IMG/VR virus record: IMGVR_UViG_3300037264_002389
Location: 74,545 to 129,257 of that record
Source of the DNA: a virus
Taxonomy: Duplodnaviria > Heunggongvirae > Uroviricota > Caudoviricetes
Strand: one strand, 5' to 3'
DNA: 54,713 nucleotides
The first letter of the stretch is position 1, and each line of letters opens with the position of its first letter. The notes under the pieces were generated by a model. It made no database searches, had not been told where the DNA came from, and saw only the letters and a program-made list of their open reading frames with translations. The position numbers and the translations under genes were made by a program. Of the stretch, positions 17,787-26,139 are shown in pieces.

Positions 17787-18842
17787 ATGCGCATGATCTC
17801 TTGCATAGATCCACATGTTCATTTACGTGGTGAAGAATATTCTGAACCATACTTTGATTGGGGTTTTGCAGACGCCAAAGCATCTGGATTGTGTGCATTG
17901 TTAGAAATGCCAAATCCAAAACCAGCATTGACTTCACTCTCGGCAATAGATAAACGATTGTCCAAATTGAAGAGTGTTGACGTATATCATGGTGTTCATG
18001 CTGGTATTACGAATGATTTGAATCAAACAGAAACAATGCTCCACCTACTTAAACAGATTTCAATACCAGAATTGCTCAATGTTGCCGGAGATAAGATCTT
18101 TTACACACATTCTACCGGCAACATGGGTATACTTGATGAGGATATACAAAAGAAAATCTGGCAAATTAAGAATGAATTACGGTATAATGGTGTAAGTATT
18201 GGCCATTTTGAAGATGAGAAATTATTTACTGGTGCATTTGACCCAAAAGATCCGATAAGTCATTCAATACATCAAAATGCACATTCTGAGGCTATTCAAG
18301 TAGAGAGACAATATGCTTGGGCACGTGAATTTAATTTTCGTGGAGTGTTTTATATTGCGCATGTCTCCAATCCAATAACGATTGAGTTCTTAATAGAGGA
18401 GAAGAAAAAAAACCTACCATTTACAATAATTATAGAATGCACATGGCATCATATGCTTTTAAATTATAATGATTATGATATCCATAAGAATAGGGTTAAA
18501 ATGAATCCACCGATTCGTAGTCAAGAACGGCAAGAGAAGATTTTCGAACATGTTATGCGTGGTAATATTGATATTATCGGTACGGATCATGCACCACATC
18601 CAATTATAAGGAAGGATTCTGATACCCCACCATCGGGTGTTCCAGCTATACCATTCTGGCCAAAGGGAATTGAAATCTTAAGACGCGAAGGCATGTCAGA
18701 GGAGAAAATTAAAGAAATTACGTTTAGCTGTGCAAATAAGATATTTGGCCTTGAATTGCCTGAGAAAATTGTAGATGTTGAGTATAATCAAGATTTGTGG
18801 ACGAAGTATGGTTATAATCCATTTTCCAGGGTTGATAAGTGA
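17787..18842 (+). CDS. pyrC: Dihydroorotase
   Basis: IDPHVHLRG, EMPN, AHVS, KMNPPIR, GTDHAPH. Confidence 0.92.
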   Translation: MRMISCIDPHVHLRGEEYSEPYFDWGFADAKASGLCALLEMPNPKPALTSLSAIDKRLSKLKSVDVYHGVHAGITNDLNQTETMLHLLKQISIPELLNVAGDKIFYTHSTGNMGILDEDIQKKIWQIKNELRYNGVSIGHFEDEKLFTGAFDPKDPISHSIHQNAHSEAIQVERQYAWAREFNFRGVFYIAHVSNPITIEFLIEEKKKNLPFTIIIECTWHHMLLNYNDYDIHKNRVKMNPPIRSQERQEKIFEHVMRGNIDIIGTDHAPHPIIRKDSDTPPSGVPAIPFWPKGIEILRREGMSEEKIKEITFSCANKIFGLELPEKIVDVEYNQDLWTKYGYNPFSRVDK

Positions 18843-18893
18843 ATGATAGTCGCGCCGTATTGGTTCCTGCTCGGTTCCACGGCGCGGTACTGC

Positions 18894-19163
18894 TTACGAC
18901 GCGACAGGCTGGACTACCGGGCGCGCATCTTCATGCGGCCATCGCCAGTATCGTCCGTGAACATTCGTGTCCTTTTTATGGGCAACGGATGTTTCGCGTT
19001 CGATCTGCCTGCCGTACTGATCCTTTTTATTTCCATCTCCGGAAATAAAAAGAACATTAATGCAACCACCCCAATCTGCCGTACATAGAGCTTGGAGCGG
19101 TCTACCAAGAGGATCATGATAAATGACATGATCTCCTGGCATCGGCTGCTTGTGCTCGGCCAT
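18894..19163 (-). CDS. Hypothetical protein
   Basis: AGGAGG RBS; 89 aa. More plausible than the overlapping plus-strand ORFs. Confidence 0.7.
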   Translation of the reverse strand: MAEHKQPMPGDHVIYHDPLGRPLQALCTADWGGCINVLFISGDGNKKDQYGRQIERETSVAHKKDTNVHGRYWRWPHEDARPVVQPVAS

Positions 19164-19239
19164 TTTTAACCTCCTTTCTGTTCAGGGCCATCAATTATAT
19201 ACATGAGTTGTCATTGGTAAATAATTAGGAGGTGAGAAA

Positions 19240-19443
19240 ATGAGATTTATATTGACTATAGGTCAGAAAGTTTGGTTTATAACTGAAGATGTGCCGAATG
19301 TCCGCGCAGTTGAGGCTGGCCGGATAATAAACTTTGATGCTGAAACTGTCTGTTTATATAGAGATGATATTGGTGTAGAATTTAGACCATTGGCACAAAT
19401 CTTCCTTAAGGAAGAATTCGCAAAGCATAATCTACCCAAGTGA
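19240..19443 (+). CDS. Hypothetical protein
   Basis: AGGAGG RBS; 67 aa. Confidence 0.75.
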   Translation: MRFILTIGQKVWFITEDVPNVRAVEAGRIINFDAETVCLYRDDIGVEFRPLAQIFLKEEFAKHNLPK

Positions 19444-19818
19444 AGCCATAAATGCAGTGAATTGAGGATCTGCATTCAAATCTGCCAAAACCGCAGTTAG
19501 ATCATCTGTTTCGATGGTTGGGCTAAGCTCATCACTGCTTCCAGCGATGTGTATTGCGCCATTGGTAGTAATAGCCATAAATCTGAAGATAGTATCTTTT
19601 ACGGTAGCTGATTGGGAGCCAGTAGCTGGTGTATGTCCAAGTGCATCAACAAAATCTTTTACCACCTGTGCTTCTTTAATCTCGGACAAGCCGGTTTCAT
19701 CACCAACGGTTCGTCGTGCTTCCTCCCGACTAGCTGCGGTGTCTTTGATTATGGCCAATGACTTCTCTGACCCATCTTGGAAATTGACACGTGCATCGAA
19801 TGCCCAAATGGTTTCCAT
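19432..19818 (-). CDS. Hypothetical protein
   Basis: GGAGG RBS; 128 aa. Confidence 0.75.
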   Translation of the reverse strand: METIWAFDARVNFQDGSEKSLAIIKDTAASREEARRTVGDETGLSEIKEAQVVKDFVDALGHTPATGSQSATVKDTIFRFMAITTNGAIHIAGSSDELSPTIETDDLTAVLADLNADPQFTAFMASLG

Positions 19819-19854
19819 GGCTATCCTCCATAATTATTTTTGCTAATTATGAGA

Positions 19855-19950
19855 TGATATAATAGTAATAGAGTGACGGTGTCCTGGAACCCCCTCCTCC
19901 ATATCCGTTACTCTAGGTTGTCCCGGTTCGAAAGAGCCGGGACAATCTTT
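19855..19950 (+). ncRNA. Candidate sRNA or attenuator with a C-rich anti-SD loop and terminator
   Basis: TGa-TATAAT extended -10 (19855-63). Stem gagtgacgg/ccgttactc encloses ccccctcctcc. A 12-bp GAAA hairpin at 19918-45 is followed by tcttt. Confidence 0.55.
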
Positions 19951-19993
19951 ATTGGAACGTTAGAGTCGATACAAGTCAATTAAGGAGACCATT

Positions 19994-21019
19994 ATGCCAA
20001 TTATGAAGAGTGAATTAGCCTGTGCATGTGGACGCAAGTTCAACAAGAGATTCGCCTTAACCAACCACCAAAAGAATTGTGTGGAAAACTCGAATGGTAA
20101 TGGTAATGATAATGGCAATGGCAATGGCAATGGTAAGGTCAAACTGACAGTTCCATTGACTACCACTGATCGAAATGCTTTTAAGAATTTAATTTGTGAA
20201 CGCGCCAACACAATCATGAAGGCACTTGATGATGAATTGAATGGGAAGCCAGAGAGTATTACGAATGCGCTTAGGTTTAGTAAGAACCTATTACTTAGCG
20301 CATCTCAGGTAGAACAATTAATCTCTGGCGTCGACGAACAGATTCAGGCTGAGGTAGAATCAAGAATCAGCCAAGAGAAAAATCGAATTGAGGTTGAGAT
20401 TGCTGACCTTAATGAGTCTTACTCAGAGCGTGAAGCAGAAATTAAGGAACGTCACCGGAAAGAGTGGCAAGCACTCATGGAGGAAAAGAAACAAAAGATC
20501 GGCCAGTTAAAGCAGCAACAGAAAACTCTTGCCGAAGAAATTACGAAGACTGAATGCGCTCATCTTCTCAGTGAGAAGATCAAGTTCCAGAAGCAACTGG
20601 CCTATACTAAACAAGAAGAGATGAAGCTGAATATGGAAGTTACCCAAAAGATTGCGATGGTGACGCAATGCCGTGGTCGATTGCGCCATATTATTAATGA
20701 TGCCAAGAATCGGGCTTTGGAGACGCTGTGGACTACTGAGTCGCGTACGGAGGCGCAGAGTCTAATTACCCAAATTCCAACAGTTAGTGAAGCACTCGAC
20801 CTTCTCCAAAAGAAGGATGGAATTAACGAATTGCTTCGTCGCATTAATCCCAATATGCAGTTACCAGCCCTGCCCGATCCTTCGCAACAGGAGATTAAGG
20901 CAGCTGCTGTTGAGATTGTGAAAGAAGCTAGTGAAGATGAAGATGAAGACGATGAAGAAGACGATCACGATGAGATTTACGAGAATGAAAATGACAGAAA
21001 TCGTCGTAGGAGATATTGA
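19994..21019 (+). CDS. Coiled-coil protein with N-terminal Zn-finger-like motif and acidic tail
   Basis: CACGRKF...HQKNC, an NG repeat, a long helical heptad region and a D/E-rich C-terminus. Confidence 0.8.
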   Translation: MPIMKSELACACGRKFNKRFALTNHQKNCVENSNGNGNDNGNGNGNGKVKLTVPLTTTDRNAFKNLICERANTIMKALDDELNGKPESITNALRFSKNLLLSASQVEQLISGVDEQIQAEVESRISQEKNRIEVEIADLNESYSEREAEIKERHRKEWQALMEEKKQKIGQLKQQQKTLAEEITKTECAHLLSEKIKFQKQLAYTKQEEMKLNMEVTQKIAMVTQCRGRLRHIINDAKNRALETLWTTESRTEAQSLITQIPTVSEALDLLQKKDGINELLRRINPNMQLPALPDPSQQEIKAAAVEIVKEASEDEDEDDEEDDHDEIYENENDRNRRRRY

Positions 21020-21840
21020 TGAATCCGTTAGAATGGATGAAACAGAGTTGGGAATCTGTTCGTCATAAGACTGTCAAAGTAATCAATATTCCAGCACCAC
21101 CGACGCCGGTTAAGGGTGTCATTTATATGCCTTCTTGTTGGGCGAGTAAGACCTATGATCAACAATTTGACCGTGATGAGTATAAAGTCATTACAATGGA
21201 GCATACTAAGTATGGTCCTGCTGTTCTCATGTACATGCAGTTAGAGCAGTTAATTGGTTTCTCTGATGATAATAGTCATAATGGTCTATTAATTGCTAAT
21301 CATTCTACATGTTGCGCTACTATATCGGCTGCTGATTTATATAGCAACTCTGATGGTTTGGTATATGTTGATGAGGCAGTGTTAGATCAACTTGTGATGA
21401 TGGAGCGATCCTGCCATCCTGGGTCACATTATATTGTTCCACAGGCTCCTTATTTGACGGCGTTCCTCCAATATGCACAAGCGCCACAGATCCGTGAGGA
21501 GAGGCCAATTACGATCCAGTATCTGACCCCAGAAGATGGAGAGAAATTGTTCCCATATTGTAAGTTCGATAGTAACACTGAGTTAGATGCGTATGTGCGG
21601 CGTTGCGCGATTAGTTTGGACGTGTCGTTCTTTAATACGACTGGTGGTCTTGGAAAATGGTCATTGCCATTGTTGCGAGAGTTACGTAGAAACCAAATCC
21701 TAATGGAGGGTGTTGATCATGAGCGATGGAATCAGCGATCGTTTGAAGGTACTGGCGATGCGAGCAAAGAAGATGACAGCGAAGATGTCGGAAGTACCGA
21801 GGCCGGAATTCTTCAAGATCCGGTTCGCGCAGAAGGGTGA
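21016..21840 (+). CDS. Hypothetical protein
   Basis: 274-aa ORF; its last ~120 nt overlap the next gene. Confidence 0.7.
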   Translation: MMNPLEWMKQSWESVRHKTVKVINIPAPPTPVKGVIYMPSCWASKTYDQQFDRDEYKVITMEHTKYGPAVLMYMQLEQLIGFSDDNSHNGLLIANHSTCCATISAADLYSNSDGLVYVDEAVLDQLVMMERSCHPGSHYIVPQAPYLTAFLQYAQAPQIREERPITIQYLTPEDGEKLFPYCKFDSNTELDAYVRRCAISLDVSFFNTTGGLGKWSLPLLRELRRNQILMEGVDHERWNQRSFEGTGDASKEDDSEDVGSTEAGILQDPVRAEG

Positions 21841-22006
21841 GAATATTTCAGAACGTGATGCTATTGAAATCACACGCCTAGTTCGTGAGCATCGAAGTGG
21901 TAAGGCTAGCAGTCCTTCGGCTAGTTCTTCGCGTTCCAAGCCGCGTGGTAAGCGTGAGGTATCTGAACCAAGGAAGACAACGAGGTCATATGGCATGAGA
22001 TCTTGA
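21719..22006 (+). CDS. Small basic hypothetical protein
   Basis: GGAGG RBS before ATG 21719 (MSDGISDRLK...). Confidence 0.65.
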   Translation: MSDGISDRLKVLAMRAKKMTAKMSEVPRPEFFKIRFAQKGENISERDAIEITRLVREHRSGKASSPSASSSRSKPRGKREVSEPRKTTRSYGMRS

Positions 22007-22045
22007 AATGCTACAGGCGGCACCGGATCGCGAAGGAGAATCTCA

Positions 22046-22294
22046 ATGAAGATCGGCACCCGTGTAGCAGATAGGTATGGTGAGGTCGGTAGGATCACCA
22101 AGCTCTACGACGACTTTTCCGCCGTTGCGGCTTCGTGCCTAACCATGACGGGATACGAATGGCTGGCTGCTCAAGACCTTCCATTCCCCGATAAGGCACT
22201 GACGGAAATCTGGGCAGAAGTAACAATGGATCGTGGCTCAATATGGAGTCCCATTAGCTATTTGCGTTTGGTCGCTGAGGGCGAGAGCGCATGA
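22046..22294 (+). CDS. Hypothetical protein
   Basis: AAGGAG RBS; 82 aa. Confidence 0.75.
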   Translation: MKIGTRVADRYGEVGRITKLYDDFSAVAASCLTMTGYEWLAAQDLPFPDKALTEIWAEVTMDRGSIWSPISYLRLVAEGESA

Positions 22295-22327
22295 ATCATC
22301 CACCGCCAGCCTTTTTACGGGAGTGGA

Positions 22328-22594
22328 TTGGTCCCTGCGCCACCTAACAGAGGAAGAAAAATGTTTTTGCATCGTAAAGAAACTGAAAGATTGTCAAATA
22401 CTTGGAAATGGAGATTAATGCAGATTGGCTTATTCCTATTACTTGTGGTGCCGTTGACTACGCTATGTTGTGTGTTAATGATACTTGGAACTCCTGTTCG
22501 ATTAGCAAGAGGTTTTTATAATTGGAATCGTTGTCAAATTACATCACGAAAGAAAAGTTTTGGGGAGAATTTAATTAAGGTGTTATGTAATTGA
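22328..22594 (+). CDS. Small membrane protein
   Basis: Central hydrophobic segment; start uncertain. Confidence 0.55.
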   Translation: MVPAPPNRGRKMFLHRKETERLSNTWKWRLMQIGLFLLLVVPLTTLCCVLMILGTPVRLARGFYNWNRCQITSRKKSFGENLIKVLCN

Positions 22595-22649
22595 ATGTTG
22601 AGTGAGTTCTTCTCCAACTTAGGTTAGCGAAAGGAAGGAACGATGAGTA

Positions 22650-23204
22650 ATGGACTTTGAGGAGGCTTTAAAAATGGAAGCACGAATGAAACCATGTGTT
22701 GAAGAAATTCTGAAGCAATATCCTATTGACATTAAAAGAGTCGATTTTTATGCCTGCAAAGGCGTGCGAACGAATAACAATGGTATTGACGCCTTAATGG
22801 ACAAGCTTGGATTTGATGCCATACTTAATTTAGATGATAAAGAAAGTAGTATTAAAACTGTACAAGTGAAGGTTGGTACCCGTAAGAACTTCAAAGAATA
22901 TGGTATGGATCGCCAATCATTTGTTATTGGTAACATTTATGATATTAATATGAAACGTGCCTTAAGTAAGCAAGTTAAATCTTATGACTTGATGTTGACC
23001 GGATATGAATTGAAAGACAGAATATTGAGTCCATATGTGTTGATAGTATGGCCATGGCTGATCCGAGCGTGGTTACAAGGCACATTGAAGATTAATGAGG
23101 ATCGTAGTGGTGAACGAAAGTTTGGCTGGGTCAAGCATGAGGACCTATTCAAGGCAAATGTAGTTGTACAGGGATGCTCAGAGCTTAAAGCATTCTATAC
23201 TTGA
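22650..23204 (+). CDS. Hypothetical protein, possible PD-(D/E)xK fold
   Basis: 184 aa; GFD...VQVK spacing is only weakly nuclease-like. Confidence 0.6.
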   Translation: MDFEEALKMEARMKPCVEEILKQYPIDIKRVDFYACKGVRTNNNGIDALMDKLGFDAILNLDDKESSIKTVQVKVGTRKNFKEYGMDRQSFVIGNIYDINMKRALSKQVKSYDLMLTGYELKDRILSPYVLIVWPWLIRAWLQGTLKINEDRSGERKFGWVKHEDLFKANVVVQGCSELKAFYT

Positions 23205-23229
23205 CAGACGGCATTAGATGTGATAAAGT
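23201..23229 (+). promoter_or_regulatory. Sigma70-type promoter upstream of the tRNA array
   Basis: TTGACA-17 nt-TAAAGT with an extended TG; near-identical to the promoter at 34467. Confidence 0.8.
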
Positions 23230-23235
23230 GAGAAC

Positions 23236-23534
23236 ATGATGTACGATCGATTCCCCCTCCGAAGTTCCCCCAGTGCATTAGCACTAACGCTGACACCATG
23301 TATATTGCATACATGGTGCGTGGCGGGACGCGATTCGATTACGTATAATTTCGCCGGTACCGCTTAAAACCAACTGAGTTGCTCACCAGGCCGACCTGCT
23401 GAGCAACTCAGCAGGAAGGAGATGGATTATCTGGTGTTTAGCAACTCGGAAGGTTAGGGAGATACCTGTAACTCCTAGACGTGCAGCGTCAACGAACATA
23501 ACACGTGCGGTGCTAGCATCCGGTTCTTAATTGT
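23236..23534 (+). ncRNA. Candidate ~300-nt structured RNA
   Basis: Stems caccatgtat/atacatggtg, ctgagttgctca/tgagcaactcag and ggag/ctcc; long-range pairs tagcac/gtgcta and acgctg/cagcgt. Confidence 0.55.
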
Positions 23535-23611
23535 TCCTGGGTAGCTCAATAGGTAGCAGCGCCTGGCTGTTAACCAGGAGGTTGCAGGTTCGATCCCTGC
23601 CCCAGGAGCCA
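23535..23611 (+). tRNA. trnN: tRNA-Asn(GUU)
   Basis: Cloverleaf, loop CTGTTAA, CCA encoded. Confidence 0.95.
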
Positions 23612-23673
23612 TTTTCCGCAACCCGTTGCAGAAAGATAATGTTAGAATTTTCTCCTTGCAACTGGTTGCACTT

Positions 23674-23758
23674 GGAGGTGACGCACATCCGGGAGTGCAC
23701 TCGGCTGTAAACCGAACGTCGAAAGATACTGTGGGTTCGAATCCCACCGCCTCCACCA
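23674..23758 (+). tRNA. trnY: tRNA-Tyr(GUA)
   Basis: Loop CTGTAAA, long variable arm, CCA. Confidence 0.95.
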
Positions 23759-23762
23759 ATTT

Positions 23763-23839
23763 GCTCCGGTAGACCAATAGCAGGAGTCACCACGCTTAGA
23801 ACGTGGGCAGTGTGGGTGCAACTCCCACCCGGAGCACCA
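23763..23839 (+). tRNA. trnL: tRNA-Leu(UAG), short variable arm
   Basis: Loop CTTAGAA; T loop TGCAACT; CCA. Confidence 0.9.
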
Positions 23840-23843
23840 AATT

Positions 23844-23915
23844 AAGCCCGTGAACCAGCGTTCAACGAAGTCTCCAAAGCTTCGGACGTAGGGGCAGCAC
23901 CTACCGGGCTTGCCA
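23844..23915 (+). tRNA. trnW: tRNA-Trp(CCA), atypical
   Basis: AAGCCCG/CGGGCTT acceptor, loop CTCCAAA, 4-nt D loop, T loop GGCAGCA, CCA. Confidence 0.8.
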
Positions 23916-23940
23916 TTTTGCGAGTGATTGTGGTTCGATT

Positions 23941-24014
23941 CGGAGTGTAGTAGAACGGCAGCACGCGATCCTGATAAGATCGAGATAGAGGTTCAATTCC
24001 TCTCACTCCGACCA
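23941..24014 (+). tRNA. trnI: tRNA-Ile(GAU)
   Basis: Loop CTGATAA, CCA. Confidence 0.93.
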
Positions 24015-24043
24015 GATGTATTTAAGTTGGAAAGGAGAAATAC

Positions 24044-24346
24044 ATGCCCATAGATAATGACCCAAGAATCAGACCGCTTGGTGACAGGGTTCTTGTCGAA
24101 CTTGTCACGACTATGAAATCAGCCGGTGGTATTGATCTACCAGAGCAACAAGTTCAACATGGCATAATCAGAGCAATTGGTGACGGGGTTAATTTAACAA
24201 CCCATCCAATTAAAGTCGGCAATAGGGTGTTTTTGCCGCGTGGTTCGAATGTTGGTGACAAGATTATTAATCGTGCAACTAATAAAGCAACGCATATATT
24301 ACTGCCGATCAGCCATGTTGCTGCGGTAATTGATGTCGAGGATTAA
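24044..24346 (+). CDS. groES: GroES/Cpn10-like co-chaperonin
   Basis: IRPLGDRVLV...SAGGIDLP...GIIRAIGDG...VKVG-like segment. Confidence 0.85.
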   Translation: MPIDNDPRIRPLGDRVLVELVTTMKSAGGIDLPEQQVQHGIIRAIGDGVNLTTHPIKVGNRVFLPRGSNVGDKIINRATNKATHILLPISHVAAVIDVED

Positions 24347-24359
24347 ACAAATATAGTAT

Positions 24360-24524
24360 ATGAGATTGGAACGTTTACATAAGCCAGTTATGGAAATCTG
24401 GCGTTCCCCAACACGAGTGTTAAAGCGTGTGAACGCCAGAGCAGTTAGATCTACTAGTACGAATCTATATAGTCCGACCAATAAGATTGACCCAAGTGAA
24501 TACTCAAAGAAACACTCGAAATAA
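24360..24524 (+). CDS. Small basic hypothetical protein
   Basis: Manual translation MRLERLHKPVMEIWRSPTRVLKR..., 54 aa. Confidence 0.45.
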   Translation: MRLERLHKPVMEIWRSPTRVLKRVNARAVRSTSTNLYSPTNKIDPSEYSKKHSK

Positions 24525-24529
24525 ATGAT

Positions 24530-24563
24530 GCCCCTATAGTATAATGGTATTACTCCTACTGGT
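24530..24563 (+). pseudogene. 5' half of a split tRNA (probably Thr-GGU)
   Basis: GCCCCTA-TA-GTATAATGGTATTAC-T-CCTAC-T-GGT. The acceptor and anticodon strands pair with 25327-25363. Confidence 0.85.
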
Positions 24564-24570
24564 TTCAATC

Positions 24571-24641
24571 GCTAGTATAGTTCAATGGCAGAACACCGTT
24601 TTGGTAAAACGGAAATGCGAGTCCGATTCTCGCTACTAGCT
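24571..24641 (+). tRNA. trnT: tRNA-Thr(GGU), nested inside the split tRNA
   Basis: GCTAGTA/TACTAGC acceptor, loop TTGGTAA, no CCA. Confidence 0.92.
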
Positions 24642-24679
24642 CGTCATAGTCGAAAGTAAATATTAACAGAGGTTCGATT

Positions 24680-25306
24680 ATGCTTGGGTATAAAACATCT
24701 GTAGAAAGAATTGCTGACATTAAGAAGGCTCGGTTAAATGGTTATTCTTTGAAGCAGATTTGTAAAATGTTCAATATGAGTAAATCAACTGTTTCTGGTT
24801 ATATTCAAGGGCTACGGAAAAATAATCCAACATCCGGTAGCGGGCGTTATATGAAGGAGTTGTGGCAAAATAGGTATTCCAAAATAATGCAAGAAGCATT
24901 AATCGAATTTGAGAAGATTAGGATCGATCCAGAAATGTCTTTGTTTATTGGTTTATATTGGGGAGAAGGATCGAAAGCTAATAAACATATTGGGATAACA
25001 AACAATGATCCAAGCATCATTAGATTATGTTATAAGATATTTCGAAAATTCAGTCCACATAAAATGATTTCGATTACCATATTTTGTTATCCTGACCATA
25101 ATAAAGAGGATTGCGAGAGATTTTGGAAGGCGTTGTTGAATGTTGAGACAGTGTCTATTCGTGATGCTTTGGATCAGCGGTCTAAACCAGCTACAGCACG
25201 AGTACGAGCACGATGCCCATTCGGTAGATGTGAAATGCGTTACTGTCATTGCGAATTTTATTGGCGTCTAATGACATGGTTGAAGTGTTTTAAAGAGTTA
25301 GTCTAA
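24680..25306 (+). CDS. HTH plus LAGLIDADG-like putative homing endonuclease
   Basis: N-terminal HTH (SLKQICKMFNMSKSTVS); FIGLYWGEGSK...ITNNDPSII. Confidence 0.75.
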   Translation: MLGYKTSVERIADIKKARLNGYSLKQICKMFNMSKSTVSGYIQGLRKNNPTSGSGRYMKELWQNRYSKIMQEALIEFEKIRIDPEMSLFIGLYWGEGSKANKHIGITNNDPSIIRLCYKIFRKFSPHKMISITIFCYPDHNKEDCERFWKALLNVETVSIRDALDQRSKPATARVRARCPFGRCEMRYCHCEFYWRLMTWLKCFKELV

Positions 25307-25326
25307 TACAAGAAGATAGACAAGCA

Positions 25327-25363
25327 TAAGTAGGGAATACAGGTTCAATTCCTGTTAGGGGCT
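25327..25363 (+). pseudogene. 3' half of the split tRNA
   Basis: TAA-GTAGG-GAAT-ACAGG-TTCAATT-CCTGT-TAGGGGC-T, complementary to 24530-24559. Confidence 0.85.
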
Positions 25364-25376
25364 GTATTTTAATGAT

Positions 25377-25766
25377 ATGTTAACAATCAAGACATATTTA
25401 GCAGCATCGACAATACATGGTGTAGGCGTATTTGCAGGTGATAACATTAATAAAGGCATGATCGTCTGCTATTACAATCCATTATTTGATCAGGCACTGA
25501 CCCCAGAAGACATACTTAAATTTCCTAAACCAGTGCGCGAGTTTATAAGATCACATGCTTATTTAGACTCTAATCGTAATAGATATATCCTACTTGCAGA
25601 CAACGGCAAGTACATTAATCACCATAATATGCCAAATACTGATTGTGATGGCGATCACGATGTATCAAACAGAAGCATATTGTGTGGTGAAGAAATAACT
25701 AGCAATTACTTTACATTCGATGCCGAGGCCGCGATTAAACTTGGCCTAAAAAAGATTGAACCGTGA
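25377..25766 (+). CDS. SET-domain protein-lysine methyltransferase
   Basis: STIHGVGVFA...I.KG..., YINHHNMPN, GEEITSNY. Confidence 0.88.
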   Translation: MLTIKTYLAASTIHGVGVFAGDNINKGMIVCYYNPLFDQALTPEDILKFPKPVREFIRSHAYLDSNRNRYILLADNGKYINHHNMPNTDCDGDHDVSNRSILCGEEITSNYFTFDAEAAIKLGLKKIEP

Positions 25767-25777
25767 AGTCTATAGTA

Positions 25778-25852
25778 GCGGGTGTGATGTCAATGGCAGC
25801 ATGCAACTCTTCCAAAGTTGATGAGTGGGTTCGAATCCCACCTCCCGCGCCA
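25778..25852 (+). tRNA. trnG: tRNA-Gly(UCC)
   Basis: Loop CTTCCAA, one acceptor mismatch, CCA. Confidence 0.88.
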
Positions 25853-25863
25853 TAAGGTGAATA

Positions 25864-26139
25864 ATGGCAATTCAAATTGGATTTAAAGAAGCCAACGTAA
25901 TTCTTAAAGCGCCACCAGGAATGGAGGAACAAGTAAGCACACTTGAAGTATACAGAGATGGAACATATTGTATCTCCAAATGGCAATTCAGCGATCAAGA
26001 GATTGATGAGATGAAAAAGAATGGAAATAAATGCTATTTAATGATTCTTGGATCTTCAATGCCGCCCGTAATTGTTACATCTCTTGACCCATTTAAGACC
26101 TATGGAATACTTAAGGAAAGGAATGAAAATGAAACCTGA
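25864..26139 (+). CDS. Hypothetical protein
   Basis: 91-aa ORF. Confidence 0.75.
   Translation: MAIQIGFKEANVILKAPPGMEEQVSTLEVYRDGTYCISKWQFSDQEIDEMKKNGNKCYLMILGSSMPPVIVTSLDPFKTYGILKERNENET

Noticed and set aside
20090-20135. AATGGY repeat as a regulatory microsatellite
   Set aside because: It is in frame and simply encodes an Asn-Gly linker.
23475-23793. Track ORFs over tRNA clusters (also 25735, 31380, 32340, 35209-35844, 45216-45776, 49140)
   Set aside because: These are stop-poor shadows of GC-rich tRNA genes.
24561-25326. Functional group I intron in the split tRNA
   Set aside because: AAGAGTTAGTCTAA (~25293) resembles the S element and a G precedes CATAA. However, no P1 guide sequence or convincing P/Q/R core is present, and the S-like word lies in coding sequence.
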